A model generated the notes under the pieces. That model worked only from the letters and a program-made list of their open reading frames with translations. It made no database searches and was not told the origin of the DNA. Positions 1 to 13,900 of a DNA stretch of 64,000 bases are shown here, in pieces. The stretch spans positions 97,217 to 161,216 of the forward strand of contig NMRA01000397.1 in NCBI GenBank assembly GCA_002633005.1. The letters run 5' to 3'. Position numbers and translations under genes: made by a program. Positions within the stretch are counted from its first letter, which is position 1. Every line of letters begins with the position of its first letter. The stretch comes from Phoronis australis (Eukaryota; Animalia; Phoronida).

Positions 1-334
1 GAGTTTGCACGTGCTTTAGTCGTCTGCACTAATTCATCGAAACGACTTGGCGCCGTCATCAGATTTCATTTCATGGATAATTTTGTTGCGAATGGACCTG
101 GGTTCTAGCAGCATATATGTCAAAACACTCGAGCTGAAATTTGGCGACAAGGTGCCCGCGGCCATTACGTGGTTAGTCAGTTTTCCGCGGTGTGGCGTAT
201 GGAGAAACATGGTGTCCGATATTTAGGTTCTCCGAAGGTTTGGTTGTTGTGTTTTTTGAAGATCAGTCGGAACATAAATGTGGCTTTCAGTGACAAGATA
301 TAGTAACAGAACAATTCCGTGAAGGTAAATCTTT

Positions 335-432
335 ATTTCAGCAAAGAATTTACAACAATCCGTAATGTTTTCAATTAAATATAATGCAAAATGTGCCAAA
401 ACGTCCGATAATTAGGTCACTTGACTGTACGT
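335..432 (-). repeat. MITE/TcMar-type terminus; inverted copy at ~3293-3388
   Basis: agtcaagtgacctaattatc.gat...tttggcacattttgcat is shared in inverted orientation; reads TA-CAGTC on the minus strand. Confidence 0.55.
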
Positions 433-589
433 CTGTAGTACTAGTAATATCTAAAAGTGACTTACCTTACATTCTGGTTATCTGTGGTCCAAGCTCAGTA
501 CGTCTGGTTATCGATTCCCGCTCTACAGCCCAGCATGTAGACTCTGGTGACCTAAACTAAAGTCGTGAATATAAACATAAAAAGTAGAT

Positions 590-1300
590 GATTGTCATAC
601 CCAATACAATGTCTGTTAGCAAATGCTCATGTGATGTCATGGACATTTATCAGTCTTCACAAATATACGTGTCCTTCCAGTCTTAACCTGTGTTTGTCTC
701 CGTAAGCAGAGTTTTGAAATGGTCGCTCATATCGCGGGCCATTTTGAATGAGGCCCTAAAGTCGTGACCTTTTCGTTAAGACGGAAATGCACGTAGTAAG
801 GCCACACAAACCAACTACAGTGCTTATAGATACCCTAGACGACTTAAAAACGCATTGCATTGCTTATTAATTCAGTTTCAATTGAAACTGGTATTTATCC
901 ACGGCTGAAACACGATTCACGAGTGGGAATGTGGGCGCCTGGGACTGACTAGTAAAGCACCTACTTTTGAACTAAAAAAGACCAAGCAATAATTTGCGGT
1001 TCTAGGATACATATTGATAATATTCTTACCAGTCACTAACATCCAATCGCAACTCCTGCTCACCCTCTGCCCGTGGATGTTCACTGGATGAACCGGCTGG
1101 GAGTGAGTCTTCGGCGACCAGAGAAAGGGCCATGGAAGGGATCGAAGGAGAAAGGCTCCACTACAGAAAAACTGTACACAAATTGTTCCTATGGGATCTG
1201 TCACCTCCTCCTCCGAAAGGTCGGCATCATCTGAAAAGTCCACCTGTCCGTCCCTATATCTTTCAAAGTATTCCTCATCTATGCTGCTGTACTCACCTCG
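590..1300 (-). mobile_element. Decayed piggyBac-like transposase N-terminal fragment
   Basis: Acidic stretch DFSDDADLSEEE, then LLTETN and WKDTYICE resembling piggyBac IVxETNxYA / WxDxTxxE motifs; stops and frameshifts present. Confidence 0.4.
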
Positions 1301-1989
1301 TCAGGGATGTGTAACGAACGAAAATGGCACCGTTTCTCTGTTACAACAATGGTGTTACAAAACCACGGCACTAAATATGTAAATAACTTTGTATAGCGAC
1401 GTACAATTCAGTTAATGTTAAGAATATAGGAATGATAATTATAAACTAGAATTTAGACCATATTGTTGTTCAGATTGGTTTGAACCTTGCAATTTCCTCT
1501 ATTAGTCCAGGAAAGTGAAAATTACTTAATCACATGAGCAAGAGTTTCTTCTATAAGTTCACGAAGTTTCATGCCAAAATTCGAAAGTTTAGTCTTCTCC
1601 TGAGTTGAAAACCAAATACTTGATGTTTTTACCGGCGACCATTTACTCTGAAATGTCGGTCACCTCGCTGCAAAAAACTCATGCAAAATGTTATTAAACG
1701 CATTTTTCGTCAAAAAAAGACTACTAGTTAAGTAAAATAGCATGTTATTTTACACTTTGAAATAATTTTTATTCACATTTATTCCATTTTGTCTGATTTT
1801 TTGCCAACTGTAATATGTGAATTTTACACAGTGACAGATACGTGAAGCAATTCGGTGACAAATGTTGTCACTAACTATACTAATAAGGACTGGTCGTATG
1901 TAGAGGTTTTTGAAAACTAGGCAATTTCTGAATAACGGGCTCGTTATTCAGTCGATGAAACTGGTTTTCAAAATCAGGATACCTATCGT

Positions 1990-3293
1990 CGTCAGGCTCC
2001 AATGGTCGTCCACCATCTTCTTACACGTGCAGCACAGCCATGCGGGACTTAGCGTACGTACCAATTTCGAGTGCTTGTCTGCTCGTTAGGTACTAACTTC
2101 TCGGGGAAAAACACGCATCAAAGAAATGAGGCAGAAATCGGTGCACTTACCGACTGTTTTTTTAAAACCACTTGAAAACTTGCAGATTTTACAAATGCAC
2201 ATTTTTGATCATTTTCGGAAAACATTTTCGAAATTAAGTTTGAAAATAATAAAAAATAATTTATTGTTTATACAATACATCTATTTGTCCCAGGCACTAA
2301 CATCTATAAGGCCAAAGGAGAAACGCAGCAGACAAATCCAACATGCTGGGTGCTTAACAGTTTCTGCCCACAAATTGGCTATCAAAATATTGTCCACTTG
2401 TTTTTTATTACAAAACACAGTGTAGAGCTCAACATTAATGTTAAAATTTTTGGTTCAGACATTTTGGATTTATTTGAAGAACATTAAAATACTTGAATTG
2501 AGAATGGTCAAAAATAAAATAAAACATTGAATTTATTTCAACATATTGCATTGTTACATACAACACAGCATGACATAATTAAAAATAAAAATAATGGATT
2601 GAGCAATAAAATGCAAGTGCAACTTCGGTATTCATTTATGATTGCAGAATCCTGTTAAAGGTGAGAAAAAAGTTCGAACAATATGATATTAGAACAACTA
2701 TCAAGGTCTAATGATCAACTTCTGCTGACAAAGTCTTGAAGGGTTACAGTTCTGTTTTGGCTGGCAAAATGTTCACAAGGAGTGAAGAAATACTGAAAAG
2801 AAAAATAAAGGTAGCAAAGTTACAAGAAGAGTAATTATTTACAAAAATGTTAGATTGTTACCTCCAATTTTTATACTCCAGTTATTTCATTGCTTAAATT
2901 TCAAAAATGTTTATTTTTCTTATTAAACTGAAATTCTGATCCAATTTTAATCGATTTAAAAATCAATGTTATACCGGTGAAACAGTCTGGTTGAACTAGA
3001 ACTGTTGTAAACCACGATTTTCTTGGCCTTTTTCTGCATGGTTTTCTGTTCTCACAAAAGGCGGCAGCATATGGCAACCATAGGTGTCATTACAAAATGG
3101 CTGCTGAAAAGCAATGTACAGTTGAAACAATTCGGCATAAATTAAAAAAAACTTTCGAATCAATGAATACTATATATTTGTGACGGTTAAATCAAATCAT
3201 ATTCAGATCATGACTTTAAAGTGGAATAATTTGGTAAGTACGACAACAAGCCCGTTTTATGCTTAGGCGGACGACCATTGGTTTCCCCGAGTG
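1990..3293. mobile_element. Possible DNA transposon remnant with short inverted ends
   Basis: ccaatggtcgtccacc (~1999) is inverted relative to ggcggacgaccattgg (~3266); the right end reads CAC... on the minus strand, as in Transib/Chapaev-type termini. Confidence 0.3.
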
Positions 3294-4803
3294 TAGTCAA
3301 GTGACCTAATTATCAGATGCTTTGGCACATTTTGCATGATATTTAATTGGTAGTACTATGGGTTTTTTGTAAATTCTGTATTGAAATATTAAAAAAGGGC
3401 AATCGCCGCACATGTAAAAAAGTTCATGTTCATTCAACATTTCGTCTATTCATGAGACATCATCAGTATAAGATATACAATAAGACAGCAAGTGTTGAAT
3501 TCCAGTCAACTCACATCCATATAGTGAAATGAGAGTAGCAAGAGATATAGGGAAAAGTAAGTAGGTCATCACCATAGTTGTAGGGTCACTGAGCTCGGCA
3601 TGTTATTGAGAGAATCACTAGCATGCTGGTCCTGAATGGCCAATGACTCCTTGTTGTACAGTAATTCCTTTATAGGTTCTTTACAAATACTACTTACTGA
3701 ATTGGCTTGGTGGTTATTGCTAACACAACTAAACTTTACTTTGAGTAAATTGAGTTATTTAGAGAAATTGGCATTCTACCGTTATTCTGCCGCTAAAGTT
3801 GTAGAGCGATCTTATCCACGGGCTTTCATTGCAATGAAATATAGCTGCTCTTCTTCGTCTTTGCACAGGATTCTTATAGCGAATACCCCGGTCCGCAATG
3901 TCTGTCAGAATTCGACATTCTGAAGTTGATACAACATTACACCTCAGCACGACCAGAATTCTTGTAAAATCTTCACAATATATGAGTCCACCATCGTGAA
4001 TTCAGATTAGGTAGAATAAACAAAACAAGTCACCTGCGTTTTCCATTTACTTGGACGGAAGTGTTANCGTAAGTAATGAGATGAGGTCAATCTCAATTTG
4101 GCCGGTGACACTGAGAAATGCTCCAAAAATAATCAATAATATTTGTCTAAGTGAGAAATGCGCTGGCAATGGGTCTTTGTATAAATTCAATTGACTGTAT
4201 ATGACAAGTTGTTCTTGCCGAATTGAATAGGTGATTGAAGAGATGATGTACAAGCCACGTTACACCATCAATAGACTTCCGCCTCAGTCTGCCACTTGAG
4301 TGAGATCGCGGATTAGGCTTCTGACAACTGACCACTTGGCCTTTATTCAATTTCAATGGGCTATGGTCAGTTGTTGTCAAGTGTAATTTGAACCTATGAA
4401 GACTTTGTTAACGATACTGATACCTTTTTTACAAACTGGTTGGTAATTTTTTAAACTAGTCGCGGGAAACTTAAACAGGTTGCGAGTGCGTCCGGTCCAA
4501 TCAGGTTGTGGTGACGCGTTATAAGCGGCCGTGGAGAACACTGGGTACCTAGTTGCCAAATTTTATGAAAATTCGTTGATGTAAATGGATACCCGGAGTT
4601 ATATGCATATATTGTTTGTAAAACAGTGTAGTGAAATAACCCAGCATGCCGATTCTATATATTTTAACATAGATTGGCATCAAAAAGTAAAACTGTGTAA
4701 GCAATAAAAAATTCAAATAATAACATTGACTGGACGTTAAATGCAAAACTGATTAACTTCTTGGATAAGATATTTAGTGAGAACTCATTGCTTGTATTTA
4801 CAG

Positions 4804-4916
4804 GAATTAAATCTTGACTTGATTCAGTTTCCAAAGCCTGTTCACATCCATGAAGTGCGCATCATACCCCTGGGTGCTAGGGTACATGCTGATGTACCGG
4901 GTGGAGTGCGCCTTGG
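4804..4916 (+). CDS. VIRMA: VIRMA exon (VIR_N: ELNLDLIQFPKPVHIHEVRIIPLGARVHADVPGGVRLG)
   Basis: ttacag|GAA ... GG|gtatgt; phase 0 to 2. Confidence 0.92.
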
Positions 4917-7900
4917 GTATGTATATTGTTGGTGTTTGTGGTGGTGGTGGTGTTTGGCGGTGGTGTTTGGTATTGCTGATAGATGTTGTGTACAGTTACA
5001 CTGGTGTATTGGATGGAGTGCTCTGTATAAATATATGCATGTTGTTGTTAGTGGTGGTGTTGTTTGATATTCGTGTTAAGATGTTGTGTACGCTGATGTA
5101 CCTGGTGGCGTGCTGTGAGTATGTGTACGGTTACTGTTAGTGGTGTTGGTATTTGGTGATGGTGTTGTTATTATTGTTCTTGTGTTGTCAGAATCCTATT
5201 CAGCAGAAGCACAGTCCAACATTTAATAGCCAAATGGTACTCAATTTCATTTTCCTGACATGTTTCGAGGAACACTCATCCTCAAAGATACAGGAACCAG
5301 CTTTCATGTAAAGGTCAAGGTAACAAGTAAAAAGTCATGTAGGTGTGCCACATGATTGGTCAATAACACAGGTAAACAAGCCTCTGCTTTGGACAATAAG
5401 CTCAAAACAATGTGAGACCAAGGTGGTGCACTTGCACATTCATGGATGGTTTTATCCAGTGAATATACAAGGCCTCCTTAAGTTAAAATCAATAGTCTGT
5501 CCTCGAACTGTTCAAGATACTGAAACTGGACACTGAGTATTCTGAGGTGTATTCTGTATGATCATGCAGATGTTTGTGGATTAGGACTGATGAAAAGTAT
5601 GATAGACAGGGCATACAAGATTTGTAGCACGCAGAATGAGTTTCAGAATTGTGTCAAGGATTTGTTTGTAATACTACTGAAAAATCAGTTTCCAGCTACT
5701 CTCTGATTGGTAAACTACATACAGATTATCTTTCTATGTTAACACACGATACCGGTAATGTTGGAAGGGGTGTTTTTTTGGTAAAGCAGTACAGTGTCCC
5801 ATGTGTAGGTCAGGTTTCTGCATTTGCCCAGAAGCGCATTCACAAATTTGTGTTGATGTTAAAATTCGTTTGGCTTTCACTAAGCTTTAAGATCAGTAGT
5901 CCGTTTTTGTCTAAGCACTGCATTTTGTTCACACCATGTCGTGTTTGAATTCTGCTGTGCAGGCTGTGGTGCCTATTATGTTGCCGAAACGCGTCAACGT
6001 CTGAATACACCTATACCTAAGGATGTGTCTAACTACGGCTCTAACATCTACAAGCATCTGCATGATCATCTAGAATGCATGTCAGAATACTCAGTGTCCA
6101 GTTTTAGTATCTTGCATAGTGCGAGGACAGACTATAGACTTAAAAGGGATTAGAACTGTATTTTATTCTGAATAAATTTTGCACAAGTTTTTATGAGTTG
6201 CTGATTAATTTCACAAATGATTCAACAGCAAAAAGTAAACTAAAGTTCTCTAACGAAGCTCAAAAAATCACCCGCGTGGAGCGCTGCTTCTCATGAAGTA
6301 TTTGCTGGGGTAAAGTCGGTGTCCTATTTTAGCGTGTATGATATCTGTGTGCCTGTCAGAATTACATGTGGTGCAAATTCTGATAGGAGTGATAAATATG
6401 AAAATGAGTGTTGGCAGTTGTATGCCTTACATAGATTTGCTTTACTATTACAGAGCCACTAATCCATCAAATTTCAAAGTGCAAGTGTTCGTCAACAACC
6501 TGAGCCGGCCTAGTGCTTCGACTTTTCAGCTCATGTCTCAGTATGTATACCAATACCTGTAATGATCTGAACCTTACAAGTTTCTGGAGTTGTAAACATA
6601 TTTTATTTCTAGATGTTACTCTAAAACCTACATTAGGTCGCTGTCTACCTTCATTACCAAGGGCCACGTTTCTTTTAATATCTTTTGAAATATTGATTGT
6701 CAGTATGTAAAACCATATTTTTTGAATCCATGATAATCAGGGAAGTTGTTCATGTGAATGAAAGTGTTGCTTGAATGTTTGCAATCATGTGACCACATTT
6801 TTTTTGTAAAAAAGTTACAATTTTTCATGGTGATAACCATAACTTCCACAGGTCACATTTTTATGCATCCACATATTTATAGGTGGACGCATTATGCCGT
6901 CATCTTCGGCAGTCCTTCTGGCGTCCGGCATCCACTGCTCTGTCTCTAAAATGCATAGATGTAGCTTTATGAAATTTTGCACATGTGTTCCTTCCGTGAA
7001 TGGAACGGCATGAGCGAACTTTCGGACGAATCCGACTACCGATGTGTCCCCTTTTAGTTTTTTACATTTACCTCTGTATCTTCAAAAGTCCTGAATGGAT
7101 TTTCATAAAGTTTGGTTTATTGGCATCTATTAGTGAGATGACGCTGTCATACTGTTTTCGGATGGATTCAACATAGTTTGTGCCTCTAGTGGCCATTTTT
7201 ACTGTTTTCGAGTCTGTTTTTTGCGTCCACCCCTCTATCAACCAAACCTCTCAAAGGATGATTGTGAAAATTGGCATGTATGTTCTGACTATGAAGTGGA
7301 TGGCTGACGATGATTTTCGGACGAGTTCGACTACTGTGGCGCCTCCTAGTGGCAGTTTTTTAACGCTTATCGCTGTATCTCCTAAACCGTTTGCAGGATC
7401 TTTACTTAATTTAGCAAGTGTATTTATATGATGTTGAAAACGGATGACGACTTTTGGACAGATCTGACTTGGTGTGCCCCCTAGTGGCAATTTTATTTTT
7501 TGTGTTTACCAGTCTGTATCTTCAAAGGTCCTCAAATGATTTTCATAAAATTTTGAATATAGGCATCTATTGGTGAGATGACGCTATCATCCTGTTTTGG
7601 GATGGAATCAGGGTATTTTGCGCCACCTGGTGGCCATTTTTGCTGTTTTCAAATCTTGTTTTTGGCGTCCACCCCTCGATCAACCAAATCATTCTGGGGA
7701 TGGTTTTGAAAATTAGCCTATATGTTTTCAGTGTGAAGAGGACATTTGATGATGGTGACTGACTACTGTGGCACCTCCTAGTGGTAGTTTTGTTTTGTTT
7801 TTCGCTCATAACTGTATCTCCAAAACACACTGCAGGATCTTTATTAAATTTAGTAAGTGAATTTATGTGAAGATAACAGACTATGACTGTTAGGTGGATC

Positions 7901-10900
7901 GAACGGACGCTGTGCCCACAAGTGGCAATTTCATTTTGTTCTGTTTTCCTTTGTTTCTTTGAAGTTCCTTGACAGATTTTATGAAATATTGCATGATCCC
8001 ATTTTTGGATGGATTGTACGTTTTTGCGCCATCTAGTGGCCATTTTTATGATACAAATAAATAACCCTAAAAGCACACCATTTGCGATGCATTCGTGGGC
8101 ACATTTCAACGCTCCGCGTTTCTCTCGTTTCCTTAGAGGGCAGTAAATTTTGTTTGTTTGGTTTATTAACTACAAAACGTCTGGGATTTTTTAAGGCCTT
8201 TGAGCTTGAGATCTCGATTCAAAAATCAAGACCGCGACTTACCGTGAAAAGTTCGGAAGACTTGATTTTTGACATCTGAGTTATCTGGATCAAAGGCTTT
8301 AAAAAAACCCTGACTCTTGTTTTGTAGGTAAAAGATCAAATAACCGGAATCTGCAAAAGCATGAGAAAATTTTAACGTGACTGCGGTCTCCTTGTTGCAC
8401 TTCAGGCTGAAATCAAAACATCAGAAATGGCCAAAAAGCATCGAGAGACAATCTGAGAGCTTCCGTTGCTTATTTCTTTTAAAGTACCACACTGCATCAA
8501 ACAATTATACCTACATATGGTAAATTTAATTGTGTTTTGAACCAAGTTATGATCATACACTACGTGACCTAATGGGCAGAGCTTTGCCATATTTTAAATG
8601 ACAGTCATTTGCTGCTGTGCTATAGTTAGAATTTGTCCAAGGAGTCTGTAGATAGCATTTTCCAACCATGTGTTCAACCAATAATCAGAGGGTCTGCATT
8701 GGTTACAAACTAACAATAAACAAAACATGGGACAATGAAGGGGTTATATAACTTGTTTACATCAAAGCATTAGCCTGTTTGGGGCACCATGTGGTCCTGT
8801 TGACCATCCCTTAAAAGAGGCCTGAACTGCATGTTTCAGCATTTTGATATGAATTTTGAAAGTATAAAGGTTACTGGTATCCACATATTCCTAATTAGTG
8901 CACAGTATTGTTATTTTAATTACTTTGAAAAGTAAAAATTTATTAGTACCGTAAAGCCCCACTGCAAGCGCTGTTTTTCCTGATGTCACTGAGGCTGTAC
9001 AGCAGAAAGAGATGTAGGTCATTAGCCTTTTGAGTATGTAGTACAGTCGACTGATCAACACGTGCATACTCACAACCTTTTTCGTTTTTCTTTCCTGTGA
9101 CTTTGATTCACCCCAGGGCCTAGCCACCCAGCTAGCTGTATGAGGACTATCTTCAAAATACAACTAGGTACCAGTAGCACTGTGTTTGAGCTCCGTTAGA
9201 TTCCGAAATTTCACATAGCCCGGGTAGTTCTGCTCGTCACCTCGTTGCGAAACTTAATATCCTCATGTAGAGCTCTAAACCGGCAGGGGAGAATGCAAAT
9301 ATCTGGGTGTCAACCGACACTCACCTTGCCCGCTGGAGCCATTTAAGTGGAAAACAAAACGCTTTTTTGTTTCATAGTTTTCAGCCTTTTGTATCAAAGA
9401 AGACAGTACGCTCAACACATGCTATTTCCTAAAATTTTGCGACATCTGTCGGGAAATGATGACAGCTTCGGAGGAGCAAACATTTTATGAAATTCGGTTT
9501 CCTGGTATTAAAATACTAAAAACTTGTAAAGAAATGAAATCAGCTGTAGTAATTTGTTGTGACATGTACACAACTTCGAAGACAAGTGCGATCGCTTGGG
9601 AGCGAAACAACTCAGGGAATGAAACTGGCCAATAAGGCAACAGGTGACGGCGCCAAAAGCTGACCTTAAAAAGCACACCCAAATTTTAGCAGCAGAGTGA
9701 ATGGCAGAATGCCAATTTTTTCAGCAGTAGTCAATAATTTAGTTTACTCAAGGAAGAGTGTAATTCTTAATGACACTCATTTTGTGTCAGATTTTATTTG
9801 ATCAGTTTTTACCCAAGTTAGTGCAACGGCCGCTGTATTATTACTATTATAATACAGCTTGCACCAGGGCAAGGCTACGCAGTCGGGGCCCATGCCGAGA
9901 ACAGCATCGTTCCACTAATAGTCAGCACTATACGGTAGTTAACTTGTATTATGAGCTTTTGAGGGCAGAGATCGTAGACGAATAAAACACATTAAGCACA
10001 GTTCTGTAGTCGAGAGGCATTTGCCCAATGAGCTACATACATAATAAGCTTGATTTATCTTATTGCCTTCACCCGCGGTACAGCCCCAGTGATGTCAGAC
10101 GCACGTTAGCTAATAGGAATTAACATTGGAAAAACGCTTTTTTACAAAAATGTGAAAGAGTAACAAAGATGTGATTTCTGATATAGACTTTATTCATCAA
10201 TTAAATTACATTAAAAATGCATGTTATTGTACTTCAGGAACCTTTTAACTGTAACAGAGAATATGTAGGACCTGAGGAAAAGGAATAGAAACAGCATTGC
10301 GAAAAATAAAGCAATTTCGTTGCTCAACCACCATATTGAGTAAAGTTAATATATGAAATACACTAAAAACAAACTAGAAAATGTCAAATTTGTGAAAGCT
10401 AACTGATCTTTATACCTTATCAACTTTCCTGTAAGTTCACTAGTGAATGTTTACAGTCTTGTGTTTGCTCAGTTAAGATTGCGTTTTTCATCAGTGTGAT
10501 TGGATGAACTTGACCACCTGTTTGTAGTAACAATTCCCTGTTTGTTCTAGACTTGACTTCAGCATGAACAACATACAGATGGTGATGGACTCGTTGGTGC
10601 CAACAGATGGCCTCATTGTCAAAGGTTACTATTGCACACTGACCCTAGCTGTGTTTGGTGCTCCAGTTAATGCACGAAAGGACCCCTCACCACCTGCAAT
10701 GCATGCAACGCATAAGGCAAACCAGCCTGGTTGGTATTACACAGACTTACTATTTGCAGTTGAATTATGTACTTTGTTGATCCAAACTTGACAAGGAGAG
10801 AGCTGGCTTGCTGGTGGAAGGTTTATATTTATGCAACCGCATATACATATGTGGGTGCACGTTGCTGTCATCTCTGTTTGGACGTCCAAAATCTCTTGGA

Positions 10901-13900
10901 GGATCTTCGTGAAAGCAAGGAGTGTACGAGTATAGGAGAGTTCACTCCACCATTTTACCATTCGCCGCAATGGTTACCGGTCGAAACACTAGCGCTCCAA
11001 GCGGTGAATAATCAATACTTACTTAGGAGCGCAGTCTGAACAATGTAAACACTGATGAATTCATACTTTAATGACGTTCAACGTGCAATAAAATTACTGT
11101 GTGATTGAAAATGGTTAGAATACGTAAACTAACATCCACTTATAATCGAATGAGAATGAAAATGTGTATTTTAATCAATATTAAAGTGTATTTGTTTTTA
11201 TTCTTTTGAAGCTCCCTTCAAAATCTATCACGGTTTTGTTTCATGTTTGAGTTCTTAACAAGGCAAATTATCTTTCCTTATAACAGTTCATACCTCCATG
11301 GACAATAAAATTTGAATGATTGCTCCTGGGGGTTCAGAGGGTAATTCCCCACAGGTGACAGCTAAGGGGGTACAAGGCAAAAACCATGTGGGCGCCAAAT
11401 GGGTGTTGACCATCTCCCAGGGGGGTTACATGGGAGGAGTGCTAAACAGGTAAAAACCAATGGGGTATGCCACATGGGTGTTGAGCCATTCCCATTGTCA
11501 TAAATTTTGGTTGCTCCCCTGACCATTGACAAACATGTTGCTCCCAGCTCACTGCTGGTTTCACCTCCACCCAATTTCGCATGTGTTCCTTATTCAATGC
11601 ACCAGGATACTAACAATGTGAATAATTGTTTGGTGTAGTGGGTGTTACACATGTAAGAAGAAGAAAGCAATTCATCACTACCACAAAATCGTAATATAAT
11701 TTTAGAACATCCCATTATTTCTTGGACATTCCAGCATAGGGTAAACTCGATTGCACTCTCCCACGCGCGCACCCAGGGGGCTCGGGGGGCTTGAACGAGA
11801 CAAAAAGTCCGAGAAAATGGGACAAAAGTCCACTAAAGAAACGGAAACGCGCAATTCACAGTGGTGGTCCCGTTTTTTTTTTTTTTAGTCCGCCCACTCA
11901 CTTGTTAGCAAAAGGTCTACATCGTCGGGAATTCGAGGCCCCCCCCACATTGAGTATATCCCCACCATAACCAGTCCAAGCTCAAAATGTCATGACAAAA
12001 AAGTTAAGAGGTGCTGAACAGCAATCAAAATATTCACTAGCCACACAACTTCATACAAAACTGAATTAAAAAGACTTTTAATGGATGATAAAACTAAAAT
12101 TTTTATTTTCTATACCCACTGTTCATATTATCAATAACAGTAAATATTTCAGGTAAGCTAAAGCTAGACCACAAGATCATATTTGTTACTTAGCCACAAC
12201 TGGAGCTTAAATTAATCACAATCTCCAAAAACGTACAAAATAGGCAACACATACACCAATACAACAAGAAAATCTAACCAACCTTCTCACTCTCTATTCA
12301 CTAGTAAACAACAGCTCTTTTTGCCAACGAAATGCGTTGAAGCTGATAACTAATTTACTCACAGAGGTGTTTCAGTGTCATTGAGAAGCAAAATGATATG
12401 GATAGCTTGGGTTTAACAAAATGTCAGCCCACCATTCAGACTCTAAAAGACCCATCAGTTTCACTTTGGCTCTCTTCAAATCACAGGCTAACCATTCATA
12501 AAATGTTTCAATCTGATCAACCTTAGTAAAATACGAAAACCAGATTTTGACTAATTGTCCTTTCTACACGTGATGTTCCAGTACTTGCTTTGTGAGACGA
12601 TAATCAGAAATGCAAAAAGCCTATTCCACAGCTGTAACATAATTTCCGTAGAACTTTTTGACGTCTTCATTTTTGGTGGACTGGGGACATCAAATACTGC
12701 TCGGGCACTGCATTCAATACCAGCTTGTTCTTCATTCATCAACATGGACTCCTCGAAGTGATGAGAGCATAAGTTGCAGTTCTTGGACAAGTAGGATGCA
12801 CTCTATTCATAAGGTTGGCTCCCAGCGCTTGCACCTGAACAGAAATCAATGAGAGACTCAGGAACAAACCTCATACTCACCAGGTTCACAGAGACTGGTA
12901 GCCTACACTAAACTACACTACAGAACTTAAGTCCTGTCATACTGTGATTGTGATAGAGACACTACAAAAGCGTCTTGGTGTCAACTAAAAAAACTAGGAC
13001 TCAAATGTCGATCCACGGATATTTTAAGGGCTGCACAACTTTTCACCGAGACCCACAGATTCTCTGACTTGACTAATGAAAGACTTAAAAGGCCCTGTGG
13101 CCTGTGATTGTGCCATGGCCGTGTCACCACGATTCATATTCACCCATGGCCATGGGAATGTTTTCCTAAAATTATCCCTGCGAACGTTAGAGTGACATTT
13201 TGATTTGGAATACATGGACTGCAAGTATCCAAAAAGCTGACGATCACATCGTACGTTAATCATAGTCCTCTTCCGCCGGCTGCCCAGTAGGTCTAGCCTA
13301 CACTGCAGACAACAGACAGTGCCGGGCACCGGGACTGCGATCGACTTGTCTAACCGTGAACAGAACACACAAAATGAAAGACAATGTATCATATTATTGA
13401 ATAACAGATAATCCTTACCTTTCTGAATCCTTAGGAAACCTACAAAATGACACGTCTGGGGTTTTCGAGGATGAATTCATGCAATTTATCGCACTGCAAA
13501 ATGCGTCCGTCCCCATTGTTTTGGCGCTTCCTGGGTGACCGTAGCTTGTTCACCACTTGGCGGCGCTAGTAGTAGCGGTAACAGCGAACTCACAAGTGAA
13601 CTCTCCTATACTACTACACTCCTTGGTGAAAGTTTGCAGATGTGTTCCTAAACTGATGATGACGGATGACGATAACTTTAAGACAAACCTTACTACCAGT
13701 ATGCGCAATTTTAGTATTTTATGTTTGCCTCTATCTGTGGAGTCCTTTGACGAATTTTCATGAAGTTTTCTTGGTGTCTGTCTGTCTATCTTCCAAATTG
13801 TAATGGTTCATTATTAAAATTGACAGACCAGTTCCTTATTAGAAGATCATGACTGATTTTGATAATCAGACAGGTCAAACTACTGTGATGTCCTCTAGTG

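Noticed and set aside
2400-2860. Possible transposase coding remnant
   Set aside because: No motif I could assign with confidence.
335-3388. One 3-kb element bounded by the inverted repeats at 335-432 and 3293-3388
   Set aside because: The TA-CAGTC-type termini lie at the inner edges, so these are ends of two separate copies extending away from each other.
4067-4067. Ambiguous base n
   Set aside because: Assembly ambiguity in non-coding sequence; no biological inference.
1-4803. First coding exon of VIRMA (expected M...LLFxDTFxH, phase 0)
   Set aside because: No matching peptide found; the candidate ATGGAGAAAC...AAG|gtttgg near 199-237 does not resemble the VIRMA N-terminus. It is probably upstream of the window.
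7180-8109. ORFs in the tandem arrays (MATRW..., MPLGG...; also 27960-28637 and 31247-31777)
   Set aside because: Translations of satellite monomers; no coding signature.
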